Shown: piece after piece, positions 24,091-37,525 of the stretch | Position numbering within the stretch: position 1 is the stretch's first letter | Layout of the letters: each line of letters begins with the position of its first letter | Assembly: GCF_036321535.1 (NCBI RefSeq) | Contig: NC_087437.1 | Location: 94,738,001 to 94,802,000, forward strand | Source of the DNA: Camelus dromedarius | Taxonomy: Eukaryota | DNA length: 64,000 nucleotides | Direction: 5' to 3' | Program-made: the position numbers and the translations under genes | The notes under the pieces: model-generated | The model's database searches: none | The model's input: only the letters and a program-made list of their open reading frames with translations | What the model was told of the DNA's origin: nothing

Positions 24091-26024
24091 TTACTATTTT
24101 TTTCCACGATGGTGAACATAATTTTTGCCAAAATCCAAGAGATATTCAGTGATATGGATCATAAATGATGTGAACAATCAAACAGGATAACACCATCTGT
24201 GGGGCAAAAATAAGATGTGCCTTTAGAGATGATACTGACTCGTTTTTTTCTTGGTAACACATTCTGACTAAGGAGATAATCCCAAAAGAGTAGCTCTTTG
24301 AATTACATAAAAAAAAGATAACATTATTGAAATTATTTACTGCCTCCCAATGTAACTAACTTAAGATAAAATATTTATTTAAATTTTGTTTCATTATATT
24401 GTAGAGTTCTGAAATGTTTACTCTTGGTATATTTTTAATTTCTCTGGGAGATCACTAAAATTGACTATTATGTGTTGAATACCAAGAACCAAGAACTTCA
24501 GCTCAATATAGGTACTATCATCATCACTTACAAGGAGAAAACTGATCTCGACTATTCTGGGTGATAGGATTTCACACAGAGCTGATATCTAACCTAACAA
24601 AGAGGGAGAGCAGGTTCCCTTGGAACAAGGACAGGCTGTTTTAGAATTTTGTATTCACACATTTACCTTAACACTGCATCCACTAAAGGTCTTCAGCATG
24701 TTTATTAAATTACATTAAACCAAAAACTAAAGCACACCTTGGAACTATACCGTTGACTCTAAATCTGGTAATTAGGTTAAACAATTTTCTGGCAAGAACA
24801 GGCAACTAATTTGTGCAAAGTGATTATATTGTGTCAGATAAAGTGATATGATAGGAAGCAAATAGGCAGCTTCAGGAATGAAATTCCTGAGAATTGTTCT
24901 TGAGAAAGCAAATCTATTTTGAAAACATGACTGGTTCTGTTTGACAGAGGCGAAAGAAAATTACATGCAGTCTTTGAAGGTAGTCATTTGTATAATTCAT
25001 TCCTGAATTTCATAAGTAAATTTGCTGCTATGTTGATTTAAGGTTACTTAATCAAAATTTTAAAAATCAACAAATAATAAATAGCATCAAGCATTTACTG
25101 ACATTTTCAAATTAGATAAGACTAGAAATTCAATAAATTTTAAAATCGTAAAATATTGAAGACAATTCAAATTAGTAATTAAAACTGATTTTGACTTTTA
25201 TACATGCAGTGTACAATGAAATTTTTATTACGAGTTTTTGCTGATTTAACATCATAGCCTAGTATTTCCTTGTAATTTATAAGCTATTTGTCCAAACTAT
25301 TAACTAGAAAAGATAATTTTTTAAAATAGGATGAAAAGAAACATTTTAGTGTTCCTTGATTGTATTAAAACCTTTAAAATAGTTATAAAGATTTATTTTA
25401 TTTTCTCTGTGATAAATTATCTTTATTATTTTATAATTTCGGAGCAAGTTGCAGTAACTATTTTAGCATATCATGGGGCAGTGTAAGTGCATGATTTAGC
25501 TTATATTTAATTTGTTTAAATAAATACTTCTATACACTTTTTGGTAAAGTAGATTATGGTTATGAGTAAGCCATTCCTAGGTCATTCCTGTATCAATGTG
25601 ATACTCTCATCCCCCGGTCTGATTCTCTTGAGTAAATATTTGTTGCTGTGGTATGCAATACACATGTAGAAGATGATTATACAAATAATATACTTAGAGA
25701 GTTGATCCTAAAGATCTTAAATACCTTTTGAATTCTGATACCTCCAAAATGGTTTCTTTAACTTTTAATTTATAAAAGCTGCCTCAGAAACTTTAGTCAG
25801 TTAGAGGAGAAAACAGTCGGTTTTACTTTCTTTTTAAGGTAGCAAAAAATAAGTGAATTAAAGATTTGTTTCAAATTTGAAGCAATTATTTGGATGCCCC
25901 AAAACTATTAGTGTTTCCCAGCATATCTTTGGGTCTAAGATTGTTGGATCCAAAGATTTCTGTGAACGTTTTCAGGTCTTCTCTGCTGAGTGGACTCATG
26001 CATACATACATTTGTCTCATCATT

Positions 26025-26780
26025 AAATATAGATTTATGGAACATCCACTGTTGACACAGGCACTGTTATCAGGACACAGCAAGCACCCAGACAGAAGTC
26101 ATGCCTTCATGGGTCTAATATTTTTGTTGTAGAAGACAGTTAAACTAAATTAAAAAGAAAAAAAGAAGTTAGATGGTGATAGATCTTATGCAACACAATA
26201 AAAAGTGGAAATGGGGGTGGGGGTGACATAGGAGGCTATAATATTAAATGAGAAGATCACAGTAAGCCTCTGTGTGAAGACCTGAAGAAGGGGAAAGAAA
26301 GCATTGTGTACCAATCTGGAAGTGCTCATATAAATGTTACCATATGCTAAGCACTATTTAAATGCTTTACATCCATTAACATATTTACTTCTCAAAATCT
26401 ACCTGTAAGCTAGGTAATAACTCCATTTTACAGATGAGGAAACTGATGCAGAGAGAGGACTAGCCACTTGGCTAAGGTCATAGGCTATTAGTAATGGAGT
26501 TAGGATTCAACCAGACAGTTATTTCCAGATTCTAGGTGCTTAAATGGCTTAAATGAAATGAAAATATCCCAGACATAAAAAACAACTAAGGCAAATGCCT
26601 GAAGTGTAGGAGGATTTGGTGTGTTGGGGAGAAGTCCAGAGGACAGTGTGAGTGGATGGAGCTGGGGACAATAGGTGAGGCTGGAGTTGGGGGCAGGTGG
26701 GATATAGATCTTGTGGGACCTTTTGGATCATTAATGAGGACTGTGTGATGGGCAGTCATCTTAGGCTTGATAATTAATAG
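26025..26780 (-). mobile_element. L2 interrupted by MIR (~26330-26545)
   Basis: caggcactgtt...atgccttcatggg L2 end; MIR core ccattttacagatgaggaaactga at ~26420; L2 resumes at ~26560. Confidence 0.7.
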
Positions 26781-27011
26781 GGCTATGTCCTATCAATTTA
26801 GCTAATGTGTGTGCTTCAAATCAAAGACATTTTATAGCATAGGGATAAAAAGGTAAGAAAATAGTAATAACCAAATAGAAAGAAAAGTATATAAAAACTT
26901 TCAGGCAATTTTTGTGATCATAATGTACCTTTTAAATATCCCCTAGTACTTCCTTTCTTAACCTGTTTTCTTTTTCTCCAGTCCTCTGATCACCATCTAT
27001 TCTAACAACAC

Positions 27012-27215
27012 AATTTTTAATAGACTTTATTTTTTAAAGCAGTTCTTGGTTCACAGCAAAATTGTATGCAAAGTACAAAGGGTTTCCATATACCCCCCTG
27101 CTCCCAGATATGCCCAGCCTCCCCTACTATTAATATCCAACACCAAGTACATTGGTTACAGTTGATTAACCTAATTGACACATTGTTGTTACCCAAAGTC
27201 CATAGTTTATATTAT
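27012..27215 (-). mobile_element. L1MC-like 3' terminal fragment
   Basis: ttttaatagactttatttttt...ttcacagcaaaattg...acccaaagtccatagttta; same family as 19758-20546, opposite strand. Confidence 0.8.
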
Positions 27216-27690
27216 GGTGTTTTATTCTTTATCTTTGTCTTGACCTCCTCCACTTGAGTACATGATCCATGAGGTCAGAGAGTATGTTTGATTCATTGCC
27301 TTATCTCCAGTGCCTAAAAAAATCCTTGCAAATGATGGATACTCAAAAATTATTTAGGAATAAATTCATTCAAGCAGGATCTTTGCTACTGGGGAAAATG
27401 ACTTAAGGCAAAATGGCGAATGTGGCCATTTTCAAAACACTGACATAGTGTAGGTTCTCCAGTCTAATGTTGCAGCAACACCATTGCACCCCTTTTTTAT
27501 TCAACAACTGTTTGCTGAGTGTCTGTTTCATGCCAGTCATGCTCCCAGAGGCTAAGGTTATAGAGGTGGAAAAGAAGTAAAGATGCACCCTCAAGCTGTG
27601 TGTAGAACTTGCTGGAAGAGCTTTCACTTTAGAAGTCAGAGATTTTATTAGCTCTCTCTTCTCCTTATTCTCTGTTCTGTTGTCTGATGG

Positions 27691-28190
27691 TGTTACCAAG
27701 TCCAAGATTGTACTGCTTGCCATAGAAAAAGCCAATAAATCGAGAGACAAGTTATTAGGACAAGGAGTAGAGACTTTATTCAGAAAGCCAGCAGACCTAG
27801 AAGATGGTGGACCAGAGTACCAAAGAACCATCTTACTTTAGTTAGAATTCAAGCTTCCTTAATACTAAAAGGGGAGGGAGTGTGACTGGTTATGGCAAAC
27901 TTCATGGTGCTAGAATCCTTCATTCTTGCAGTTGTTCACATAGGTGTGGTCACAATGGTCCTATAAACCTCCAACAAGACAAATGCTATTCTCCTTTCTG
28001 CAACTTTTTATCTTTGTATGAATGGAAAAATCAGAACCCTGAGAATGGGCTATCATGTGTATTTCAGGCTATAGGCAACATTCTTTTACAAAAAGTGCAG
28101 AACCAGCATGACTAAGCACAGGAAACAGCACAAGTTTAGAGCTAGAGGAATACATTCAACATGAATTCAGGTTTGTTCTTCTCTGTTACA
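27691..28190 (-). mobile_element. Solo LTR (ERV1-like), 500 bp
   Basis: TGTTAC...GTTACA termini (TG...CA); minus-strand AATAAA at ~27775-27780; near-TSD of 4 bp, atgg (27687-27690) and atgt (28191-28194); no internal retroviral sequence. Confidence 0.8.
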
Positions 28191-28231
28191 ATGTCAAGCA
28201 ATGAATTGTTCAACAGCAAGCTACAGAATAC

Positions 28232-28540
28232 TTTTTCCTTTGTATTGAAGTATAGTCAGTTTACAATGTGTCAATTTCTGGTGTACAGCATAATGTTTCA
28301 GTTACATATATATATATATATACACACATATACATACATATATTCATTTCCATATTCTTTTTCATTATAGGTTACTACAAGATATTGAATATACTTCCCT
28401 GTGCTACACAGAAGAAACTTGTTGTTTATCTATTTTGTACATAGTAGTTAGTATCTGCAAATCTCGAACTCCCAATTTATTCGTTCCCATCCCCTTCCCA
28501 CCCTGGTAACCATAAGTTTGTTTTCTATGTCTCTGAGTCT
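28232..28540 (-). mobile_element. 5'-truncated camelid/artiodactyl L1 3'UTR
   Basis: tattgaagtatagtcagtttacaatg...ggtaaccataagtttgttttctatgtc; degenerate TSD gcta(ca)gaata at ~28220 and 28541. Confidence 0.85.
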
Positions 28541-29930
28541 GCTAGAATATTTGTTCTTGACATTAACTAATTTGTCCATCGGTATACTCATTTTTAAGAT
28601 TCAATTTTGATACTTCATATAGATGTTGCAATAGCACAACTTGGATCTTCTGGGACAAATCTGGCATTAAATATCTGCCTCCTTATGTTTTAAAGTATGT
28701 CAGTATTTGTTAGAACCTGCACACTAATGCCTTTTTCTTCTGAAATTAGGTCACTACACAAATAGTGTCACAATCTCAATGTCTGAGAATGTTACACTCC
28801 TTCATTATCACCAAGAAACTTTAGTCAGACAATGAGTCTAAGGCAAGAGAGAAACGGGTAACCTATTGTCCTCAAAGAATTCATTTAGATTCCAAATGTT
28901 TTTCACACAGAGGGGGGATTTCCTAGGCATCTGGAAAATCTACCTCTGTTATTTGGCATTCTTTCCCTGTAATACTTTTACAAGCTGTAACTGCTCCGGG
29001 TGAAAATATTTTTAATCACCATTACATGCTTTCCACAAGAAGGTCTACAATAGTTGTTGCCACTGTTAATAAATTAATCCAGAGGAATAATTCAGAAAGT
29101 TGAAATTAGCACACCTGCATATTTTAAAAGACAAGGAACTTATTCCTATTTTTAAAAATTGGAAGCTTCTTATAAATGGCTTGCATTTAATATTATGTTT
29201 CATACTGTACTTGCTTATACAGTTATTTTAGTCTTGATTATTTTTCAAGCAAGAACAAAACTGAATGGATAAAATAAATCTAGATAGCAACCTAGACAAA
29301 AATTTTTTGCAAGCCTCTCTAAAAGGTGAAATACTTTATAGTATCAAGATCAAATTGTTGATTTAATGGTAAATTCTAGGGTATTTAATTCCTCATTAAA
29401 TCTGGATTAACATTTTTATGGTCTTGGAGATCATAATTTATTTATGCTGAAGTGTTCGTTTTCCTGAATTGCGGTTCTGTTCCTTCAAGCATAACAGTTT
29501 GAAAATGTGTTTCTTAGCCTGCAGTAAATGACGCCAACTGTATTATCAGTGCTGAGATTTATTTTTATTATTACTATAGTTGGTTATCCCATCAAGTCTA
29601 GAAGGACTCTTTAAACCATGTATGTCTGGTTCTTATTGCAGTGCATGCACATCAGATATATTTGTATATGCATGGCTCATTTCAGAAGTATTAAACTGAA
29701 GAACATTGGAGCATAGAGGGCTCACCCAATGCTATGGAATCATTTCACAAATGCAGAATCAAAGGACCAGAAACAAGATCATTTCCAAGGGGCATGTAGC
29801 TAGCAAGAGACAGAACTAGGGGTATAACCTAAGTTTCAAACTCTGAGGCCAATTTCTCTAACTACACACCATTGTATTTCCAGTGACTATCTCCATACTT
29901 CTGATATAAGTAAGATTAACTGATCTACAG

Positions 29931-30257
29931 CAGAGATTGTAAGCTTTTTCATTTAAATGCCAGATGATAAATATTTCAAGTTTGTGGGCTGTACAATCTT
30001 TGTCACAAGCATTCATCTCTGTAGTTGTACATGAAAGTAGTCATAGACAAAGTGAAAAGTAAGTTGAGTAGGACTATGTTCCAATAAAACTTTATAAACA
30101 ATGAAATTTGAATTTCATATCATTTTTATGTCCTACAAAATAGTATTATTCCTTTGATTTTTTCCTAACCATTTGACCATATAAAAACCACTATGAGTTC
30201 ATGGCTGTACAAAAATAGGCTAAAAAAATAGCAAAAAAATTAGTTTGTGAACCTCTG
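29931..30257. mobile_element. MER58B-like hAT-Charlie element
   Basis: gccagatgataaatattt...tgttccaataaaacttta...tgaaatttgaatttcata...ctgtacaaaaataggc...tagtttg...cctctg. Confidence 0.75.
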
Positions 30258-30599
30258 ATATAGAGGCATAGTAAGGATGTTTTAAAAGTACATTGCCTAG
30301 AATCCACAGACACATTGGATATCTCACTGAGAAAATTTTAGAATTTTCATTTAAATTGAGATCATCCTTTAAAATTTTTAATTTTACTAATGTATATATT
30401 AATACATTAGTACAAATAAATATAATTTATAAATAAAAATATATAGATTTACTGAAAGTTTACTCAATTTTTAACAAATAGTGAGTTGCAATCAAAGACA
30501 TTTGAAGTCCCTTGGTCCAAATTAACAGTGATCCAAAACAAACAAGGGAAATTTCATAAGAATATGCATATAATCTTGTATAAGTAAAGGGTGGGAATT

Positions 30600-31045
30600 C
30601 CCTAATACGTAAAATGGAGATAATTGTACTACCTCCACAAGACTGTGTGAATTAAACAAAACACTGTAGGTCAAGCACCAATAGGGTGCTTGGGACTTAG
30701 TATACACTGGAGCATAACTAGTATTATCATATCTCATGTGGACAACAGTCCATAAGTAAAATCTAGATATTCAGCCACCTATGATAAAGAAAAAGACTAA
30801 ATTAATCTTTAAGAGAAATCTGAAAATAATAATAATATATTTACTCTACACTTCTTAGTGCTTTACAATTTTCAAAGCACCCTCAACTGTATTTATTTTA
30901 AATTTGATTCATCAGAATCTCTGTACTAGGCAGGGCTGACATATTTTGAAGAATAAGAAATGATTGTATCTATTTTACAAGGAGAAGCTAATTCCCCACA
31001 GAAAATGATGGTCTCATTCCAGAACCCAGGTCTTCTGACTTCTAC
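30600..31045. mobile_element. Two MIR fragments in opposite orientation
   Basis: gtaaaatggagataattgtactacctcc (+) and ctattttacaaggagaagct...agaacccaggtcttctgact (-). Confidence 0.55.
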
Positions 31046-33039
31046 TTGTTAAGGGAAATGATAAACAATGATTAAACATTTAGCTTGTTCTGGCCCCACG
31101 TAATTAGAGGAATATTCACACCCTTGATTAGTACAAACAGGAAAGTGTTCTGCTACCTGGTAACTTGAGAAATGGTTAAGGAAACTGGATAAAGACTTCA
31201 CTGCAGAGAAAATAACACTATAGAAACTTCTCAAGATTTACCATGTGGAAGAGAGCATAGACATTATTTTATTGCCCAGAAAAGAGAACTGGAACCAACA
31301 AGCAAACAGCATTGGACAAAATGCAAGGAAGGATTTGTAATCATGGAATATTATTATGATGGAGTGATCTATCCTTGAGAGAATCAGCTGTAAAACCTGT
31401 AAACCACCTGTTACAGAGAAGATTCTCATAAGAGAAGTAAAATTGTATTGGATTTCTTTTCTAGCCCTTTCTATCCCTAAAAATCCACAATCCTGAATAT
31501 TTTTAAGATTATGAGTTATAAAACATTATTATTTATAGATCGATTTTATGTACATACAATTTTATTATGACTTTCAAATGTTTTATTTTGAAATTCTGCC
31601 TCAGTACAACTCCTCAGTATTACTTTGACTCAAATATCCTGCCAGTATTTTTGAAAAATCATTGTAAACAAATTTAAAATGTCTTTCATTTAAAACATTT
31701 AAATTGTGCCTGTATATAAGATTGACATTAGGAATTAAGGTTGAATCCTTACGAGTTTTCTTACTAGAGCTGCCAACTGTCCTTTTCAAACATCAGTTTC
31801 AAAAGATGACAATATAAATTAGAGCACATCACTGAAGGAGCCTATGTGTATTAATACAGGTGATGCCACTTATATGAGACATTTACACTTGAAGTAAAAC
31901 GTGAACTAGGTCTCACTCCTTTGATCTAAGATAATTTATAAAGTAGCTTTCATTTTACAAAAGAGATAGTGTGGTAATTAATCTACCAGTTTTTGTTGTA
32001 AAATAAGGTACATTTTAACCAATAACTCATATATTATGTTTTACAAAATTTTGATTAAGTGCGTTTGATTAAATCCTCTTAATTGTACAAATGAGCTAAC
32101 AGAACAATCAAACTTGGCTTTTCTTATTATGTCTACATTTATTGTATAGAAAATTTAAATTGTTCTAGTCCACCAAAGCAAACAAAAGTGTGGCCAGATC
32201 TGTGATCCTCTGTTTCACGGAGAGCTGTGTTATTTCCATTGTTGCATTGTCAGCAGGAATTGAAAAGAAGCAGATTTTGTCTGTTGTTTTGGGGTTGTCA
32301 TATGAATCATTCCCAAAGAATGAGCCCTCAGCAAAGGACTGGTGAGGACTAGAGAATGGATCATGGGGTCTCTACTTTCTTCTGTACCTTTTGACTATGC
32401 AATTTATTGCTTGATGCACGGAAAGAGTAGCAAAAGCTGATTTATCTCCACAGGATAGAAGACATTACATATTTTCCTGTTCTCTAGCCATATTTTAAAA
32501 ATTTATTTTGAGAAATCTATCTTCAGTTATAGAATGCTGATTAATGGCCATGGTGCATGTTTGTATGATTTGAGCATGATGGCAAAGCTGAGGAACTCAG
32601 GGGCTTGATTTATGTTTAAAATGAAATCAGGCAGTCAAGGACATTAGCCACTTTGTAACAAACACTTGGTATGTTTTTCTCCAGTATGTATGGCACACTT
32701 AAAGTCTTTTTTAAATAGAAAGAATTTTATCTTCAAGTGTGTGTTTTACTGAGTAAATATTCAATTGCCAAAATACACTTTCATATTTAGAGAATACATT
32801 TTATACTCATATATATTTTGTTTTGAACAGTTGTCAGGCATTTTTATTTGAGCTTATTTATAGTACTTCTTTTAGAATGAAATATGTGATAATTTTTTCA
32901 GGAATATAAAGCCCTGAATTGTAAGTATTTCTAAAGGAAGGGCTGCAAAGTAGCCCTCAAATACTTCTCATGGTGGCTAAATTATCTTTCTTAAAAATTC
33001 CTATTTGTTTCATTTTTCTTTGTTTATTAATTGTGTATT

Positions 33040-33240
33040 ATAATGTAAATATTAACAGTTTTTAGTTTCTTAATGCTAATGAAGTGCTGTACATAAATGA
33101 ACTCATTTGAGTATCGTAATGCCCCTTTTTCCTGAGGAAGAAAGAAAGGCTCAGAGAGGTTAAGTGACTTGCTAGTAGTCACACAGGTGCTAAGTGGCAG
33201 AGCTGCAATTTGAACCCAAGAAGTTTGACCCCAGAGACAT
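33040..33240 (-). mobile_element. MIR
   Basis: ggctcagagaggttaagtgacttgc...gtcacacag...aagtggcagagctgcaatttgaaccc. Confidence 0.8.
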
Positions 33241-33949
33241 TACCACCCTGAAGTCATAACACCCCCATTAGAATCATTATGTAGTATTTGTCTTTGAGAG
33301 GTAGGTTCATATATAGTTTCCGAGAATCACAAAATCAAACAATAATCCAAAAAGGACAACTAAAACCTACCTTGTTTTAAAAAACTTTAAATAAACAATC
33401 TTTGTTCTCCATGAGAAAGAATAATTGTCCACTGTATCTATCAAGAGAGCCCTGGATGTATCTGACAATTCAGGTTGATTTTCCTTCTTAGGTTACCTCA
33501 CACAGTTATTTCTTAATATTACATTGTGCTTAAATTTTTAAACATTAGAAACACCTTCAAATTCCTTTCCATTATGTCAATATCTGTATATTATTTTTAA
33601 ACCAGAAGATACTCTTTGACAGTGAGAGGATATTGTTTACCTTTTTAGAAAAAGTTTTACATATTACCATGATTCCTCTTACCTTCTCCAAAATGTAGTG
33701 ACACTTGTCTTTTCTTTTTTTTTCCCTTTGAGGGGTGGGAGATGAAATAAAATAACGTGTAGGGATACTGCATGAGATCATTTGAGGCATTCTGTTGGAT
33801 TTACCAAGCCAAGATACTTAAGTAGTATTCCAAAGATTTGAATGGAAGGGCCTTTGGGCCTAGAGAAAATTTAAAATATTGTAATGCCCAATGCTGTACA
33901 TTCAAGTACAAAACACTTTTGTACAAATCAGAAAATAATACTAATTGGA

Positions 33950-34690
33950 TGGTGTCGAGTTCTTACCCTCTTCACTGCGACCACACTTACTGAAGCCGCC
34001 ATCAGCTCTCACCCTGAGGGCTGTCAGGCTTTCCTATCTCCCTCTCTGTACTCTTGTCTCCCTGAGGGTCATTTTCTGCTTGGAAGCCTAGTTTAATCTG
34101 TTCAAAAGCATAAATTGAAATAGCTAACTCTTTGCTTCAAACCCTCTGCAGTTTCCCATTGGACAAAAGTTGAAATTCACACATTTGAACTTGGGCTGCA
34201 AGGTGCTGCATGCACGTGACCCTGACTTCCATTCCCGCCTTACCTGATACTCCTCTCCCTCGTGTTTACTAGACTCTATGTGGCGATCTTGCTGTCTTTC
34301 TAGCACTCAGAACCTACTGGGAGGCTTAAGTATTTGTCCTCCCTGATGGGAAACTTTCCCCCAGAAGGCTCATCATTCAGGTTTCAAATTTAGTGTCTCT
34401 CCTCAGAGAGGTTCTGCACCCCCCACCCCCCACCAAGCGTCTGAAGTAGCTACCTCCCGACCCCCTCGTTGCCTGCTCACATGTTCCGTGGTTTTCCGAT
34501 CTCACGGTGTTAGTCACTTTCTGCAGTCATTTTCTGTATATATTGAGGATTTGTTTTTTTGCTTATCCACTCTGTAAGAGTTGTCTACCCATCTCCATTA
34601 GAGCAAGAGCCGTCTGTTTGATTTGATGTGGACTTTCCAGTTCCCAGAAGATGGCAGGTGCAACATAAATATACATTGAACTGAACTATG
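33950..34690 (+). mobile_element. L2a-like 3' region
   Basis: ccatcagctctcacc...cttcaaaccctctgcagtttcccattg...tctctcctcagagagg...ataaatatacattgaa. Confidence 0.75.
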
Positions 34691-36576
34691 GAATCTTTTC
34701 CATTACAAAAGTCTCCACAGTAATTTCTGTGAGGTTCTAAGATAGGCATTATCAGAGGCGAGAAATGTCAAAATTGTTTACCTAAATCTCGACACCAGTG
34801 TGAGGCCAGGAAGTGGAGGGCACAGGTGTCCCGGTATTTAGTCCAGTTTTCCCATCCAAATACCCTTTATTGGGTTCTTCATTGGCCCAACTGTCTAGGC
34901 AGCATCTGTTAGAATTTCACAGTTTAAAAAAAAATCATTTCTTTTAAGGCACTGCCCTTGTTACACTTGTGCAGTTTTTATAAGAACTTTTCTTCCCAGA
35001 AGAATTATGGTAGTTGGGCAAATGTCTGAGGATTTACTAAAGCAACAAACAGATTAACACTACCAGGGCATACATCTGTACCACTCAGTTAAGAAAAATG
35101 CATGATCTGGAAACTGAACTACCTCTGCTAGGCAACACTGGCTGGCTGATGCAGTTTACCTGGGCTTTCCTAACAGAAGAAAGCAGACATCTTCTACCAG
35201 TTGATTCCAAACACAGTTACAAAGAAAGAATTCTGATTTCTATTCCATATCAAAAGATACAGCAATCTATAAACCCCAAAATATAGGTCAAGGCTGTATC
35301 GATTGCCATTAGCAGAATCTACTGTTAGGATGATATGACGGAGCCATTCTTTGTAAATGGTGTTTGGCAGTCTCATTTGTGCTTTGACTTTAGAATTGAT
35401 GACACAATTAGTAAATGTACTCATGGACAGATGCATGCATAGACAGTTTTCTGTGGAAATGAACGCTTAATAAACAAATGATACGTTTAATTTATCATTT
35501 TAATTGGAAATTAGAACAGATATCCACCTCAAAAAAATAATGGAAAGCTACACCACTTTAAAATCACCAGAGTTTAAAGCATGCTAGTGCTTTAGATAAT
35601 CTGGATATTCTTTTAATTAGTAGGACTTTAGAAATCTGCACATTAGACTTCTGAAATTACAACTGACAGGTAACCTAAAGCAGAGTGACCCAAATTTTTC
35701 CTACACATCTCACTTACCACAATTTTAATCTGTTTAAAAGAAAGAAAAACTAATGCAAGTTTGAAATGCACGTATAATTGTTTTTGCTTTAGGAACATTA
35801 TAAAACAAGAATCGTCTTAAATGGTGTAATTTTCCCTATCCTTCCTATCATTTCTTCACTCATGAAAGATTTCGAGAGTATCTGTATGGCAACCCTTATC
35901 TGAAGGGATGTGAATAAAAAAGATACATAGTGCTCAGAGAAATCTGATGGCAAATGGACCATAAAGGACTAAATGTTCACTGTTAACAGCCCACCATCAG
36001 TAAATAAGGAATAGGCTTTGAACTGTATTTTGCAGTGATGGGAATGGCTTTTGTAATAAACCCATTTACACTTTCTGGCCTTGTTTTCTTTGGTAGCAAG
36101 TGCAGGCTCTCACCAGGAACAGTACTAAGGTAGATGCCCTTTTTTCCAGCTCATGTGATGCCCACTTATCCTACAATCTCCCAGACTCATTTCAAGCATC
36201 CTGTCCTTCTTACACCTCCCTGGACCTCCCAGAGTGGGCTGGTTGTCTCTCATTTATGCTGCCATGATCCTCAGTATTTTCACTGAATTTAACACACCAA
36301 TTTATACTCGCTGGTTTTCATTTTTGGTTTATGTCTATTCTCCATTTAATTCTTCAAAAAGGAATTTGTGGCCTCCTTAAACCTGAGGGCTTTTTCAGGA
36401 AGAAGACTGCCACATCATTTGCTTTACCCCAGCTTCTGACACGATACTTTGTATTCATGTGGCCTGTACAGAGACTGCCTGAGTACCTGGGTTAAGTCAG
36501 ATTGATAGCATATATTGTTCAAGTAAGCCACAGCCCCGACAGCTATTAATCCAAATTTTATGCACATTATCTAAAT

Positions 36577-36746
36577 CAGTGGTTCTTAGATTGTGGTTCC
36601 TGGACCAGCAGCAGCATTAGTAGCATCACGAAACTTTAAAAAAAGTGCAGATGTTTGGACCCTAAAGTCATCATACTGAATTAGAAACTGAAGTTTAGAC
36701 TCAAAAGTCAAGTGATTCTGATGTCTACTGAAGTTTGAAACCACAG
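36577..36746. mobile_element. MER5A
   Basis: cagtggttcttagattgtggttcctggaccagcagcagcatt...gtgattctgatg...aagtttgaaaccacag. Confidence 0.8.
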
Positions 36747-37386
36747 ACGTAAGAGAATGAGTAATGAGGTATATAGTCAGTATATCATATTATACCCAAA
36801 CTATGGATTTGGTTTGTGTTTATTTATGAATATGGACTTGTGCCTATTAAGGAGAGCATCCCAAATATCCAGCCCCTCTCCTTTCTTTGCTTTGATCCAT
36901 GTATGAAACAGGAAGCGGTACTGCAAAAGTGCAGTTTAAGCTAAAATGGAATTTTCTTTGCCTCCAAAATTGCTTACAATGGAGTTCATATCATTCTAGG
37001 CTGTAATAATTGTGTTTTGCTTTCAAGGGAGGAAACTTCAGACCGCCCTCTCTTGCAGTTCTTGCTGAATTGCAGTCTGCAACTTTAATAAATGAGTGTA
37101 GTGAAAGGAACCCATACATATTGGGTGCTCTCTGAATGATATGTGTATACATATTATAATATCCTACTGCACATAAATAAAATAATTCTCTAAATAAAAT
37201 ATTGATTCTATCACATATAAAAGAAAGTCAATGGGAGCACAAAAGATAGTATGTATAAAATACTTGAAACAGTGCCTGGTACAGAATAAGTGTTCATTAT
37301 CTGTTAGCTACTATTATTATAGATCATTTAGATATTTAAAAGAGAATCTAAACTCATGGGAAAAAGTATGGGTAAAAGCTTTCCAA

Positions 37387-37525
37387 GGGGGGAGGGTATA
37401 GCTCAAGAGGTAGAATGCATGCTTAGCATGCAGAAGGTCCTGGGTTCAATCCCCGGTACCTCCTCTAAAAATAAATAAGTAAACCTAATTACCTCCCCTT
37501 CAAAAAAAAAACCTTAAAAAAAAAA
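37387..37525 (+). mobile_element. Vic-1-type camelid SINE, full length with A tail and TSD
   Basis: GGGGGGAGGGTATAGCTC...GGTTCAATCCCC...AAACCTAATTACCTCCCC plus A tail; TSD aaaag(c/a)tttccaa at 37374-37386 and 37526-37538. Confidence 0.9.

Noticed and set aside
27403..28115. 142-aa and 77-aa ORFs
   Set aside because: They run through an LTR and L2 fragments; no gag/pol/env or other domain features.
30385..30412. 11-bp inverted repeat TACTAATGTAT/ATACATTAGTA
   Set aside because: Lies in very AT-rich, probably DNA-transposon-derived sequence; plausible by chance.
31200..31495. Exon-like purine-rich stretch
   Set aside because: No convincing splice-bounded open frame; it may be an ancient L3/CR1-like relic, but I cannot support that call.
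37387..37465. tRNA-Ala-like sequences here and at 17150-17225 and 54230-54300
   Set aside because: They have SINE 3' tails and TSDs, and stem mismatches (broken D stem at 37387); these are SINEs, not tRNA genes.
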